The position numbers and the translations under genes are program-made. A stretch of DNA of 37,900 nt from the NCBI GenBank assembly GCA_964499925.1, contig CAZCPW010000001.1, forward strand, positions 1-37,900, written 5' to 3'. Of this stretch, positions 8,070 to 16,052 are shown in pieces. A model generated the notes under the pieces. That model saw only the letters and a program-made list of their open reading frames with translations, searched no databases and had not been told where the DNA came from. Each line of letters opens with the position of its first letter. The first letter of the stretch is position 1. Source of the stretch: an uncultured Lachnospiraceae bacterium (lineage in GTDB: Bacteria; Bacillota; Clostridia; Lachnospirales; Lachnospiraceae).

Positions 8070-8936
8070 ATGGACAATAACAATGCGGCTGAAAAGTCAA
8101 AGCTTAAGCAGGAAAAGAAACAACTTAAGGCCGATGAAAAGAAACAAAAACAGGAAATAAAAAAGAGGGCCAAGGAAATTTCGAAAAAAGAAGCCGAGAT
8201 AGATGACGATGAAGAAAAGGGCAGCGGCTTTTCGAGTTTCATAGTCACCACTGTAATCGTAGTCGTCTGGATAGCAATCCTTTGCTTTTTGATAAAGCTC
8301 GATGTGGGTGGATTCGGTTCGGAAATCCTGACTCCGCTTTTAAAGGACGTGCCTGTTATAAACAAGATTCTTCCGGAGGGGTCGAGTGAAACGGAAACAA
8401 GCGATGAGGGTGCTTACGGAGGGTATACCTCTTTAAAGGAAGCTGTTGATTATATAAAGACCCTTGAAACGGAACTTGAACATTCCACGACAGTCAATAA
8501 TGCAAATGCCGAGGAAATCACCACGTTAAAGGCAGAAGTTGAGAGACTTCAGGAATTTGAGACGATGCAGGTTGAATTCCAGCGTATAAAAGAACAGTTC
8601 TATGAGGAAGTCATCTATGCCGAAAACGGTCCGGGAGCGGAAGCCTACAAGGAATATTACGAAAGCATGGACCCGACGACTGCGGAAGCTCTGTACAAGC
8701 AGGTAATCACCAAGCTTGAAGAAGATGAAGAAGTTACCGATTATGCGGCTGCGTATTCCGCTATGAAGCCCAAGGCGGCAGCAGGCATATTCGAAAGCAT
8801 GATAGATGGCGGAGACATAAATCTTGTTGCCAGAATATTAAAGATAATGGACTCCGATTCAAGAGGTGACATTCTGGAAGTAATGGATTCGGCCAAAGCC
8901 GCCAAAGTTACGAAAATTATGGACCCCGAGAGTTAA
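8070..8936 (+). CDS. YlxF/MotE-like flagellar protein (TM + coiled coil + MgtE_N-like repeats)
   Basis: Lys-rich N-terminus, one TM, coiled coil and YSAMKPKAAAGIFE..RGDIL..MD..KAAKVT. Occupies the ylxF position between fliJ and fliK. Confidence 0.75.
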   Translation: MDNNNAAEKSKLKQEKKQLKADEKKQKQEIKKRAKEISKKEAEIDDDEEKGSGFSSFIVTTVIVVVWIAILCFLIKLDVGGFGSEILTPLLKDVPVINKILPEGSSETETSDEGAYGGYTSLKEAVDYIKTLETELEHSTTVNNANAEEITTLKAEVERLQEFETMQVEFQRIKEQFYEEVIYAENGPGAEAYKEYYESMDPTTAEALYKQVITKLEEDEEVTDYAAAYSAMKPKAAAGIFESMIDGGDINLVARILKIMDSDSRGDILEVMDSAKAAKVTKIMDPES

Positions 8937-8960
8937 GTTTTTTGTTGATACCTCCGATAT
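8934..8960 (+). promoter_or_regulatory. Putative internal sigma-28 promoter upstream of fliK
   Basis: TAAG (8934-8937), 15 nt spacer, TCCGATAT (8953-8960). Same geometry as the site at 1131-1157. Confidence 0.62.
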
Positions 8961-9035
8961 ACATATTGTGGGACAAGGGTAATAGGACTATTACGCTTGC
9001 TTTTCACATATAAATTTTTAAGAAAGGAGGAAAAC

Positions 9036-10586
9036 ATGCAGACACAAGCAGTACAGAGCTTTTCAAGTGTATCGGCCATGAATCTTTCACAGAGTGCCGC
9101 CGCAAGCAATATAAGCTTGTCGTCAAACTTCGAGGATTGCCTCAAGCAGGCCAAGAGCGGTACCGATACGGACATTAAGACGATGAGTAAGTCGGATGTA
9201 AAGGAAAGCAATACGGAAGTTGATACTGACGTTACCGCCGGTAAGGTGTCACAGACAGGTGACAGGATTGAAGCTGCAAAGGAACCAAAGGATATATCAA
9301 AGGAAGTTGTTTCCGATGAAAAAGTCTCAAAGGTAACGGACGCGGTAGACAAAGTAAAGGATGTTATCAGGGAAGAGCTTGGAGTTACCGATGAAGAAAT
9401 AGCGGAAGTCCTTCAAAGCCTTCAGTTAAATCAACTGGCGCTTTTGAATACAGATGATATTTCATTGATCGTGTCAAAACTTTCGGGATGTGACGGCGTA
9501 GTTGCAATTGCGACGGATGAAAGCCTTTATGAGAGCCTTACGAACATCAAAGATGTAATCGAAGATGTCGTGAGTGAACTTACGGATGAGCTAAACATCA
9601 GTACCGACGAATTCTTAAATGCTTTGAGTAAAGCCGAGACAAAAATCGAAACAAAAGTCGAAACGGCTGAAACACAAGCATTTGCAGAGCCTTTTACTGA
9701 GGTCGGAGATGCATCCGCTGAAAGCGTAAACGTCCGGGGAACAGATAAAGAAAATTCCGATGCAATCAAGCTTGACACATTAAGCCAAGAGGAAAACATA
9801 AGCACACTTTCGGATAAGCCCGAAAAGACTTTAGAAGCCGGAACACCCGGTGCAAACCTTTCGGAAGACGAGCCTGAAACGATAGACGGCAAGATAAATA
9901 TCGTTAAGAGCGATGACGGAAAGGGAGACGTTAAAAGTTCTTTATCCGAAGATTCAAACAGCGACTTTTCCGAAGCTAAAGACGAGAGCATAACGGAAAG
10001 CGTCGAGGCAAAGACTTCGGAACCTACCGTAAAAACGGAAAACAACACGCTTACATTTGCCGAAAGACTTTTAAACGAAACCGTAAATGCTTTAAACAGT
10101 GAACCCGAGGTTACTTCATACAGCACAACGGATGCTTACGATATCATCAATCAGATTACCGAAGGGATTGACGTAAATATCGGTTCGGAAACAAGCGAAG
10201 TCAACCTAAGACTTCATCCCGAATCACTCGGCAATCTTTCGGTCAAGGTTTATGAAAATCACGAAGGACTTTTAAAAGCCACATTTACGGCTGAAAATGA
10301 AACCGTTAAGGCGGTATTGGAAACCCAGACGATAGTCCTCAAGGAAGCGCTTGAAAATAAGGGCGTAAAGGTCGAAGCGGTTGAGGTAACGGTTCAGAGC
10401 CACGCATTTGAAAGAAACTTAAGCGATAACGGAAAGTCAAGAGAAGAGTCATCGGGACAGCCCAGGAAATCTATAAGGCGGATAAATCTTTCGGAACCTG
10501 AAATGTCAGAGGAAGAACTTGCCGAAGATACCCTGGTACGGGAAATGATGATACAGAACGGAAATACAATAGACTACAGTGCATAG
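9036..10586 (+). CDS. fliK: Flagellar hook-length control protein FliK
   Basis: Long acidic, low-complexity N-terminus and C-terminal LRLHPESLGNLSV domain. Start moved to ATG 9036 because of SD AGGAGG. Confidence 0.92.
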   Translation: MQTQAVQSFSSVSAMNLSQSAAASNISLSSNFEDCLKQAKSGTDTDIKTMSKSDVKESNTEVDTDVTAGKVSQTGDRIEAAKEPKDISKEVVSDEKVSKVTDAVDKVKDVIREELGVTDEEIAEVLQSLQLNQLALLNTDDISLIVSKLSGCDGVVAIATDESLYESLTNIKDVIEDVVSELTDELNISTDEFLNALSKAETKIETKVETAETQAFAEPFTEVGDASAESVNVRGTDKENSDAIKLDTLSQEENISTLSDKPEKTLEAGTPGANLSEDEPETIDGKINIVKSDDGKGDVKSSLSEDSNSDFSEAKDESITESVEAKTSEPTVKTENNTLTFAERLLNETVNALNSEPEVTSYSTTDAYDIINQITEGIDVNIGSETSEVNLRLHPESLGNLSVKVYENHEGLLKATFTAENETVKAVLETQTIVLKEALENKGVKVEAVEVTVQSHAFERNLSDNGKSREESSGQPRKSIRRINLSEPEMSEEELAEDTLVREMMIQNGNTIDYSA

Positions 10587-10603
10587 CACGGAAAGGAGGA
10601 AAC

Positions 10604-11257
10604 ATGGCGGAAAATATTTCGGCGGTATACAAGGACGGAGTGCTTCAGACAACATCTGCATCGACGAGTTCGACTTCTTCAACAAGTTCGACAAGCAGTT
10701 CAAGCCTTGACAAGGATGCATTTTTACAGCTTTTGGTGGCACAGATGAAGTACCAGGATCCGTTGGAACCTACGGACAATACGGAGTACATATCACAGTT
10801 GGCAACCTTCTCGGAACTTGAGGAAATGCAGAATCTCTCCGCAAGCTCGAATCTTCAGAGAGCAAGCGCACTTGTCGGACAGGAAGTAATCGTTAAATCC
10901 ACGAGCGCGACAAACGGCGGTACCACGACCATACAGGGTACAGTGGATTATGTCGTTTACGAGAACAATAAGGCTTACGTTTCAATCAATGAATCCTTAT
11001 ATTCGATTGATGACGTTTATGAGGTCATGGATTCGGAGTATTCGGCGGCATATTCATTGGCACAGCAGTTTACAACGGCATTAAACAGCTTCCCTACGGT
11101 AGCAAATCTTACTACGGACTATGAGGATGCAATCACGACACTCAGAGATACCTATGACAGTATGTCAAGCTATCAGAAGAGCTTTTTGTCGAGCGATACC
11201 GTAACAAAACTTGAAAAATACGAAGCAAGGCTTAAGGAGTTAAAGGGTTCGGTATAG
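10604..11257 (+). CDS. flgD: Flagellar hook capping protein FlgD with C-terminal extension
   Basis: LDKDAFLQLLVAQMKYQDPLEP..NTEYISQLATFS signature. Confidence 0.96.
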   Translation: MAENISAVYKDGVLQTTSASTSSTSSTSSTSSSSLDKDAFLQLLVAQMKYQDPLEPTDNTEYISQLATFSELEEMQNLSASSNLQRASALVGQEVIVKSTSATNGGTTTIQGTVDYVVYENNKAYVSINESLYSIDDVYEVMDSEYSAAYSLAQQFTTALNSFPTVANLTTDYEDAITTLRDTYDSMSSYQKSFLSSDTVTKLEKYEARLKELKGSV

Positions 11258-11282
11258 CAGTCAATTGAATATGAGGTGGAAT

Positions 11283-11687
11283 ATGGACATTCAAAACAAC
11301 AATTTCCTTTCCATCGAGCAGGTAGCGGACAGACTGATAAATAAAACCGATACCGGCAGCCGTACATCAAAAAGCGATGTCAGTTTTGAAAGTATTCTTA
11401 AAGCGAAAGCCTCCGAGAGCGAAGGCAAAGCGACGGAAGTTAAATTTTCAAAGCATGCTGCAAACAGACTGAACGACAGAAACATTTCTTTATCCGTCGA
11501 ACAGTTACAGAAACTTAATGATGCGGCGCTTAAGGCAGGGGAAAAGGGAATTAAGGAATCTTTGGTATTGATGGATCAGTTAGCCTTTGTGGTAAATATT
11601 CCGAACAATACCGTGGTAACAGCTTTAGACAAGTCGGAGACAAGTCTAAACGTATTTACAAATATAGACGGAGCAGTAATAGTATAG
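11283..11687 (+). CDS. Flagellar operon protein (TIGR02530/Flagellar_put type), function unknown
   Basis: VKFSKHAANRL..RNI.L, KGIKESLVL, AFVVN..NNTVVTA and VFTNIDGAV. Typical position between flgD and flgE. Start ATG 11283 after GAGGTGG. Confidence 0.85.
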   Translation: MDIQNNNFLSIEQVADRLINKTDTGSRTSKSDVSFESILKAKASESEGKATEVKFSKHAANRLNDRNISLSVEQLQKLNDAALKAGEKGIKESLVLMDQLAFVVNIPNNTVVTALDKSETSLNVFTNIDGAVIV

Positions 11688-11730
11688 CCGGACCTTTGGG
11701 GGCTTAGGCTTCTGACTGACAGAGGAAGCC
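11686..11730 (+). promoter_or_regulatory. Candidate structured RNA element in the flgE leader
   Basis: AGCC-GGA-CC-TTTG-GG-GGCT hairpin with a GGA bulge, followed by GGCTTC-TGACTGACAGAG-GAAGCC, ending 14 nt before SD AAGGAGG. Confidence 0.5.
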
Positions 11731-11760
11731 AAACTGCTTGTCTTAAGGAGGTCACTCACT

Positions 11761-13422
11761 ATGATGAGATCAATGTATTCCGGTGTTTCCGGACTTAAAA
11801 CGCACCAGACAAAGATGGACGTTATAGGTAACAATATAGCTAACGTAAACACGGTAGCTTACAAATCACAGTCAATCACCTTCAGTGAATTGATGTATCA
11901 GACGACACAGAAATCAAGCGGACCGAACGAACTTACCGGTACCGGCGGTACGAATGCCCGCCAGATCGGTCTTGGCGTTCAGTCGGCTGCAATCAATACG
12001 GCAATCACCACGCAGGGTGCAACGCAGACAACAGGCAACCCTTACGATTTGTGCATTACCGGAAATTCGTTCTTTATCGTTTCGGACGGTTCACAGAACT
12101 ACTTTACAAGAGCGGGCGCATTCAATATCGACTCCGTCGGAAACCTTGTAATGACCAGCAACGGTTACAATGTAATGGGTTGGGGAGTTGACGAAGAGAC
12201 GATGACCATCAAGCAGGATACGGTTTCGGCTTTGAGAATCATGAGTGCCGACAACATGACATATCCTCCGGAGGCAACATCCAATGCCTATGTTTCCGGT
12301 ATCATCGATAAAAACGATTCGGATGTCGGAACGGAAGCAGGTAAGGCACTTAACCTAAGCTTCTATGACAACCTCGGGTATTCCTACACCGCAAAGTTCT
12401 CGATTCACTCTACCACAGATGACGGAACGTATTACGTGGAACTTGATGATGTAATCGATTCAAACGGAAAGTCCATTACGGAAATGTATCCGGGCTCGAC
12501 TCTTTCCGATTTGGTAAGTATCAATGCGGATGCGACCTATACGGCAAATGTCAATGTACCTTATACGAAGCTTGATACGGTTACGATTGACGGCGGAACA
12601 TTTAAAAATGCTTCTACGGGTGACACGATTGCAAATATGACGGCTTTCGGAAGTACAGATGGCGATGGAAATATTACAGTCACGGTTCCGATTACGGATG
12701 CAAACATTACTTTGTTTCAGCAGATATACGGTTCGGATGTTGATTTCTCCGGAATTACGGCTGCAACAATCGATGCAACAACCGGACAGTTAACGGTTAC
12801 CGGCAAGTCGGGAGCGGGTGTTCTTCTTAACTACAGCACTGACGACGGAAGTTTCATGACGATAGGCGGAAGCCAGACAGGCATTACAATCGACTTTAAT
12901 GCCACAGTCGAGGGAGACGGTGAATCCGCAGGTACTTCACTTGAACAGTTTGCGGATATTTCATTTGACTGGACGGCTACCAATATGTACAACAACTCCG
13001 GTACCTCCACGATAGGAGCTACTTCCGGAGACAAGGACGGCGTCGGCACGGGACGTAAGCTCGGTAATATGACGGGTGTTACGATTCAGACAAACGGTAT
13101 GATTTACGCTTCGTACGATAACGGTATGACGAGGCTCATGGGTCAGATAGCGGTGGCTGAGTTTTCAAACGCAGCAGGCCTTGAAAAGTCGGGTGACAAC
13201 CTCTACTCCGCAAGCCTTAACTCGGGCGAGTTCGACGGCGTGGGCGTTGACATCACGGGTTCCGGCGGATACATGACAACGGGTGTTCTCGAAATGAGTA
13301 ACGTAGATCTTTCAACGGAATTTACAGAGATGATTACCACTCAGAGAGGCTTCCAGGCAAACTCGCGTATCATCACCGTTTCGGATACAATGCTTGAGGA
13401 ACTTGTAAACTTAAAGAGATAA
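11761..13422 (+). CDS. flgE: Flagellar hook protein FlgE
   Basis: MMRSMYSGVSGL..HQ..MDVIGNNIANVNT, YFTRAGAF and LEMSNVDLS.EFTEMI.TQRGFQANSR. 553 aa, downstream of flgD. Confidence 0.94.
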   Translation: MMRSMYSGVSGLKTHQTKMDVIGNNIANVNTVAYKSQSITFSELMYQTTQKSSGPNELTGTGGTNARQIGLGVQSAAINTAITTQGATQTTGNPYDLCITGNSFFIVSDGSQNYFTRAGAFNIDSVGNLVMTSNGYNVMGWGVDEETMTIKQDTVSALRIMSADNMTYPPEATSNAYVSGIIDKNDSDVGTEAGKALNLSFYDNLGYSYTAKFSIHSTTDDGTYYVELDDVIDSNGKSITEMYPGSTLSDLVSINADATYTANVNVPYTKLDTVTIDGGTFKNASTGDTIANMTAFGSTDGDGNITVTVPITDANITLFQQIYGSDVDFSGITAATIDATTGQLTVTGKSGAGVLLNYSTDDGSFMTIGGSQTGITIDFNATVEGDGESAGTSLEQFADISFDWTATNMYNNSGTSTIGATSGDKDGVGTGRKLGNMTGVTIQTNGMIYASYDNGMTRLMGQIAVAEFSNAAGLEKSGDNLYSASLNSGEFDGVGVDITGSGGYMTTGVLEMSNVDLSTEFTEMITTQRGFQANSRIITVSDTMLEELVNLKR

Positions 13423-13426
13423 TATA

Positions 13427-13469
13427 GCGGCTTGAAGGGGAACTTTTATGTTCCCCTTAACTGCTTTTT
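13427..13469 (+). terminator. Terminator-like hairpin after flgE
   Basis: AAGGGGAAC-TTTTAT-GTTCCCCTT stem, extendable by AGCGG/CTGCT, followed by a T tract. Confidence 0.62.
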
Positions 13470-13648
13470 GCTATATAAGAAATTGCTTCGCGTGGGAGGC
13501 CAAGGCCCTCTCAGTCACCTGCGGTGACAGCTCTCCCAGAGGGAGAGCCAAGGAGGGCTTGCCTCTCCCTTTGGGAGAGGTGTCCGAGCAAAGCGAGGAC
13601 GGAGAGGGCAAGGACGGCGCGAGCGTTCTGTAAACAGAACACTTTTTT
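13465..13648. repeat. Multi-hairpin element, copy 2 (ends only; middle replaced)
   Basis: 13465-13491 matches 1208-1234 at 23/27 nt. 13615-13648 matches 1318-1351 at 28/34 nt. Confidence 0.7.
13506..13608. repeat. Inverted doublet of GC-rich REP-like palindromic units
   Basis: Unit A CCCTCTCAGTCACCTGCGGTGACAGCTCTCCCAGAGGGAGAGCC (13506-13549). Unit B reverse complement CCCTCTCCGTCCTCGCTTTGCTCGGACACCTCTCCCAAAGGGAGAGGC (13561-13608). Each has two internal hairpins. Confidence 0.8.
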
Positions 13649-13663
13649 ATAGACGGAGGTCTT

Positions 13664-13858
13664 ATGATTGAGGTGACAAAGCTTGACGGTGTGATACTGA
13701 CCGTAAACGACAACTTTATCGTTACTGTGGAAGAAACACCAGATACTGTTATTACCATGTCCACGGGACGCAAAATAATCGTAAAAGAAAGTAGACAAGA
13801 GATACAAAATTTAGTAAAATCCTTTAGAAAGGAATTTTTTGCCGACAAGGCAGATTAG
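13664..13858 (+). CDS. flbD: Flagellar protein FlbD/SwrD family
   Basis: MIEVTKLDG...N...I.TVEETPDTVITM.TGRKI.VKES signature. SD GGAGG. Precedes motA. Confidence 0.93.
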   Translation: MIEVTKLDGVILTVNDNFIVTVEETPDTVITMSTGRKIIVKESRQEIQNLVKSFRKEFFADKAD

Positions 13859-13870
13859 AGGGCAGTTTAA

Positions 13871-14671
13871 ATGGATATAGCATCCCTTATTGGAATAATT
13901 ACATGCTTTATTCTTGCAATTTTCGGTATCGTTTATTCGAGCAGCGGTATTGATTTTTCTTTGCTTAATAACTTTATTGATATACCGTCTGTAATTATTA
14001 CAATCGGCGGATCGACGATGTGTATGTTCATGACCTGCCAGGTTAAGGAATTTGTCAACTATTTAAAGGCGTATGCACTTATATTCAAGGTTCCGCAGCT
14101 TGACACCCCCACGATGATAAAGAAAATCGTTGATTTATCAAACGTTGCGAGAAAAGAAGGACTTCTTTCTCTCGAAGAAGCAGCAGGTGACCTTGACAAT
14201 GAATTTTTAAAAAAAGGTATTTTACTGATAGTCGACGGTACTGATCCGGAGCTTGTACGAGGTATCATGGAAACGGAACTTGTAAGCGTTGAGGCCAGAC
14301 ATCAGAAGGTTACCGCCTTTTACGATCAGTATGCCGCCATGGGTCCTGCCTGGGGTATGATCGGTACCCTTATCGGACTCGTTAACATGCTTTACAACAT
14401 GGCCGATGCTTCCGCAATCGGACCCGCAATGGCAGTTGCCTTGCTGACTACCTTGTACGGATCGCTGATGGCAAACTGGTTGTTTACCCCTGCCTCGGTT
14501 AAGCTTAAAAAGAACAGCGCTGCGGAAAGCCAGCTTCAGGAAATTATGATTGAAGGCCTTCTTTCCATTCAGGCAGGCGAGAACCCCCGTGTCATAGAAG
14601 AGAAGCTTAAATCTTTCTTGGCTCCTTCAGAGCGCGCTTCGGCCGGCACCGAAGAGGGAGGACAGGAATAA
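13871..14671 (+). CDS. motA: Flagellar stator A subunit (MotA/PomA family)
   Basis: ARKEGLLSLE, GPAWGMIGTLIGLV, GPAMAVALLTTLYG and IQAGENPR. Four TM segments. Confidence 0.96.
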   Translation: MDIASLIGIITCFILAIFGIVYSSSGIDFSLLNNFIDIPSVIITIGGSTMCMFMTCQVKEFVNYLKAYALIFKVPQLDTPTMIKKIVDLSNVARKEGLLSLEEAAGDLDNEFLKKGILLIVDGTDPELVRGIMETELVSVEARHQKVTAFYDQYAAMGPAWGMIGTLIGLVNMLYNMADASAIGPAMAVALLTTLYGSLMANWLFTPASVKLKKNSAAESQLQEIMIEGLLSIQAGENPRVIEEKLKSFLAPSERASAGTEEGGQE

Positions 14672-15483
14672 TGGCAAAAAGGAAACAAGAAGATGCGCCG
14701 CCGGCCCTCTTATGGAAAGATACCTTTTCAGACCTTATGAATCTGCTTCTTTGCTTCTTCGTACTTCTTTATGCTTCGGCAAACGTTGACGAAGCAAAGT
14801 TTGATGCAATTGCCGCTTCATTTCAGAGTACCTTCAGTATATTCACGGCAGGGAGTGCGGCAATAGGAGACGGCGTTTTAATCAGTAACGGCGTAAGCCA
14901 GTTAAACGAACTTGACAATTATATAAATTCTACCGGTGCTATGGCTGAAAATGACGAGGATGCCGATGAGTTCGACGACAAGCAGAACGACCTTGACAAT
15001 GTCGAGAATTTAAAGCTTGAGGCAAGTGAGTCACTTGCCGGTCAGATTGAAGAGGCTCTTGAAGAAAATAATATTGCCGACGAGGTTAGTCTCGACTTTA
15101 ACAGCCAGTATGTAAAGCTTACACTTAAGGGTGCCATTCTTTTTGCTCCCGGTTCGGCAGAATTGCTTGAATCGGTTGAGGGGACTCTTACGAAGGTAAG
15201 CCTTATCCTTGACAGATATGCAAAGTACGAAATCGAAATAGAGGGACATACGGACAATGTGCCGCAGTCTTCCGCAGAGTACGCCAACAATGATGAGCTT
15301 AGTGATGCGAGAGCACGCTCGGTATTTTACTTTATCATTAACAATTCATCCCTTGATCCCGCAAACATCAAGCACAGCGGACGCGGAGAGTACTGCCCGA
15401 TAGCGGACAACTCAACTGCAGAGGGAAGAGCTTTGAACAGGCGTGTTGAGATTAAAATTTATCATGAATTGAGTAATTATTAA
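14671..15483 (+). CDS. motB: Flagellar stator B subunit (MotB/PomB family)
   Basis: W..TFSDLMNLLLCFFVLL TM with the conserved Asp. OmpA-like domain IEGHTDN..LS.ARA..GRALNRRVEI. Confidence 0.96.
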   Translation: MAKRKQEDAPPALLWKDTFSDLMNLLLCFFVLLYASANVDEAKFDAIAASFQSTFSIFTAGSAAIGDGVLISNGVSQLNELDNYINSTGAMAENDEDADEFDDKQNDLDNVENLKLEASESLAGQIEEALEENNIADEVSLDFNSQYVKLTLKGAILFAPGSAELLESVEGTLTKVSLILDRYAKYEIEIEGHTDNVPQSSAEYANNDELSDARARSVFYFIINNSSLDPANIKHSGRGEYCPIADNSTAEGRALNRRVEIKIYHELSNY

Positions 15484-15502
15484 AGATACAAAGGAAGCAT
15501 AA

Positions 15503-16018
15503 ATGAAGAAAAATCTTATTTCCATTATGATTTTGGCACTGCTGATTGTTAATGTGGTGTTGACTGCGGTGATGATGTTTTCCGTCATGGGAAGTGCGAA
15601 AAAGACGACAGCCCTGGTAGACAATATCGCCACGGTTTTAAACCTGGAGCTTGATACGGAAAGCGAGGAAACGGACGACACCGTTGCAATAACGGATTCG
15701 GAAGCCTTTGATATTTCCGATTCTCTCACCATTCCTCTTAAGAAGAGCGAGGACGGAAAAGACCATTACTGTATGGTAACTGTTTCACTTTATATGAATA
15801 AAAAGCATGAGGATTATGCTACATATTCGTCAACGGTTTCATCTAACACCTCATTGTTTAAGAGCATTATAATCGATGTTATCAGCGGACACACGATGGA
15901 TGAGTGTTCGGCAGATCCCGATATGCTGAAGGCTGAAATCCTTTCAAAGATTCAGGAGGCCTACGGAGGTTCTACATTTATCTATATGGTTGCATTCAGC
16001 AGCATCCTGTATCAGTAA
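15503..16018 (+). CDS. fliL: Flagellar basal body-associated protein FliL
   Basis: Single N-terminal TM, 171 aa, ends in LKAEIL.KI...IY.V.FS..LYQ. Lies between motB and fliM. Confidence 0.85.
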   Translation: MKKNLISIMILALLIVNVVLTAVMMFSVMGSAKKTTALVDNIATVLNLELDTESEETDDTVAITDSEAFDISDSLTIPLKKSEDGKDHYCMVTVSLYMNKKHEDYATYSSTVSSNTSLFKSIIIDVISGHTMDECSADPDMLKAEILSKIQEAYGGSTFIYMVAFSSILYQ

Positions 16019-16052
16019 GTTTTTTGATACATGATAAAGGGAGGTGAACTTT

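Noticed and set aside
13506..13608. Mini CRISPR array
   Set aside because: There are only two units, they are inverted and not direct, there are no spacers, and no cas genes are present.
13448..13848. ORFs 13448-13633 (+), 13471-13848 (-) and 13511-13807 (-)
   Set aside because: They are translations of the GC-rich palindromic repeat and the antisense of flbD, with no SD or protein motif.
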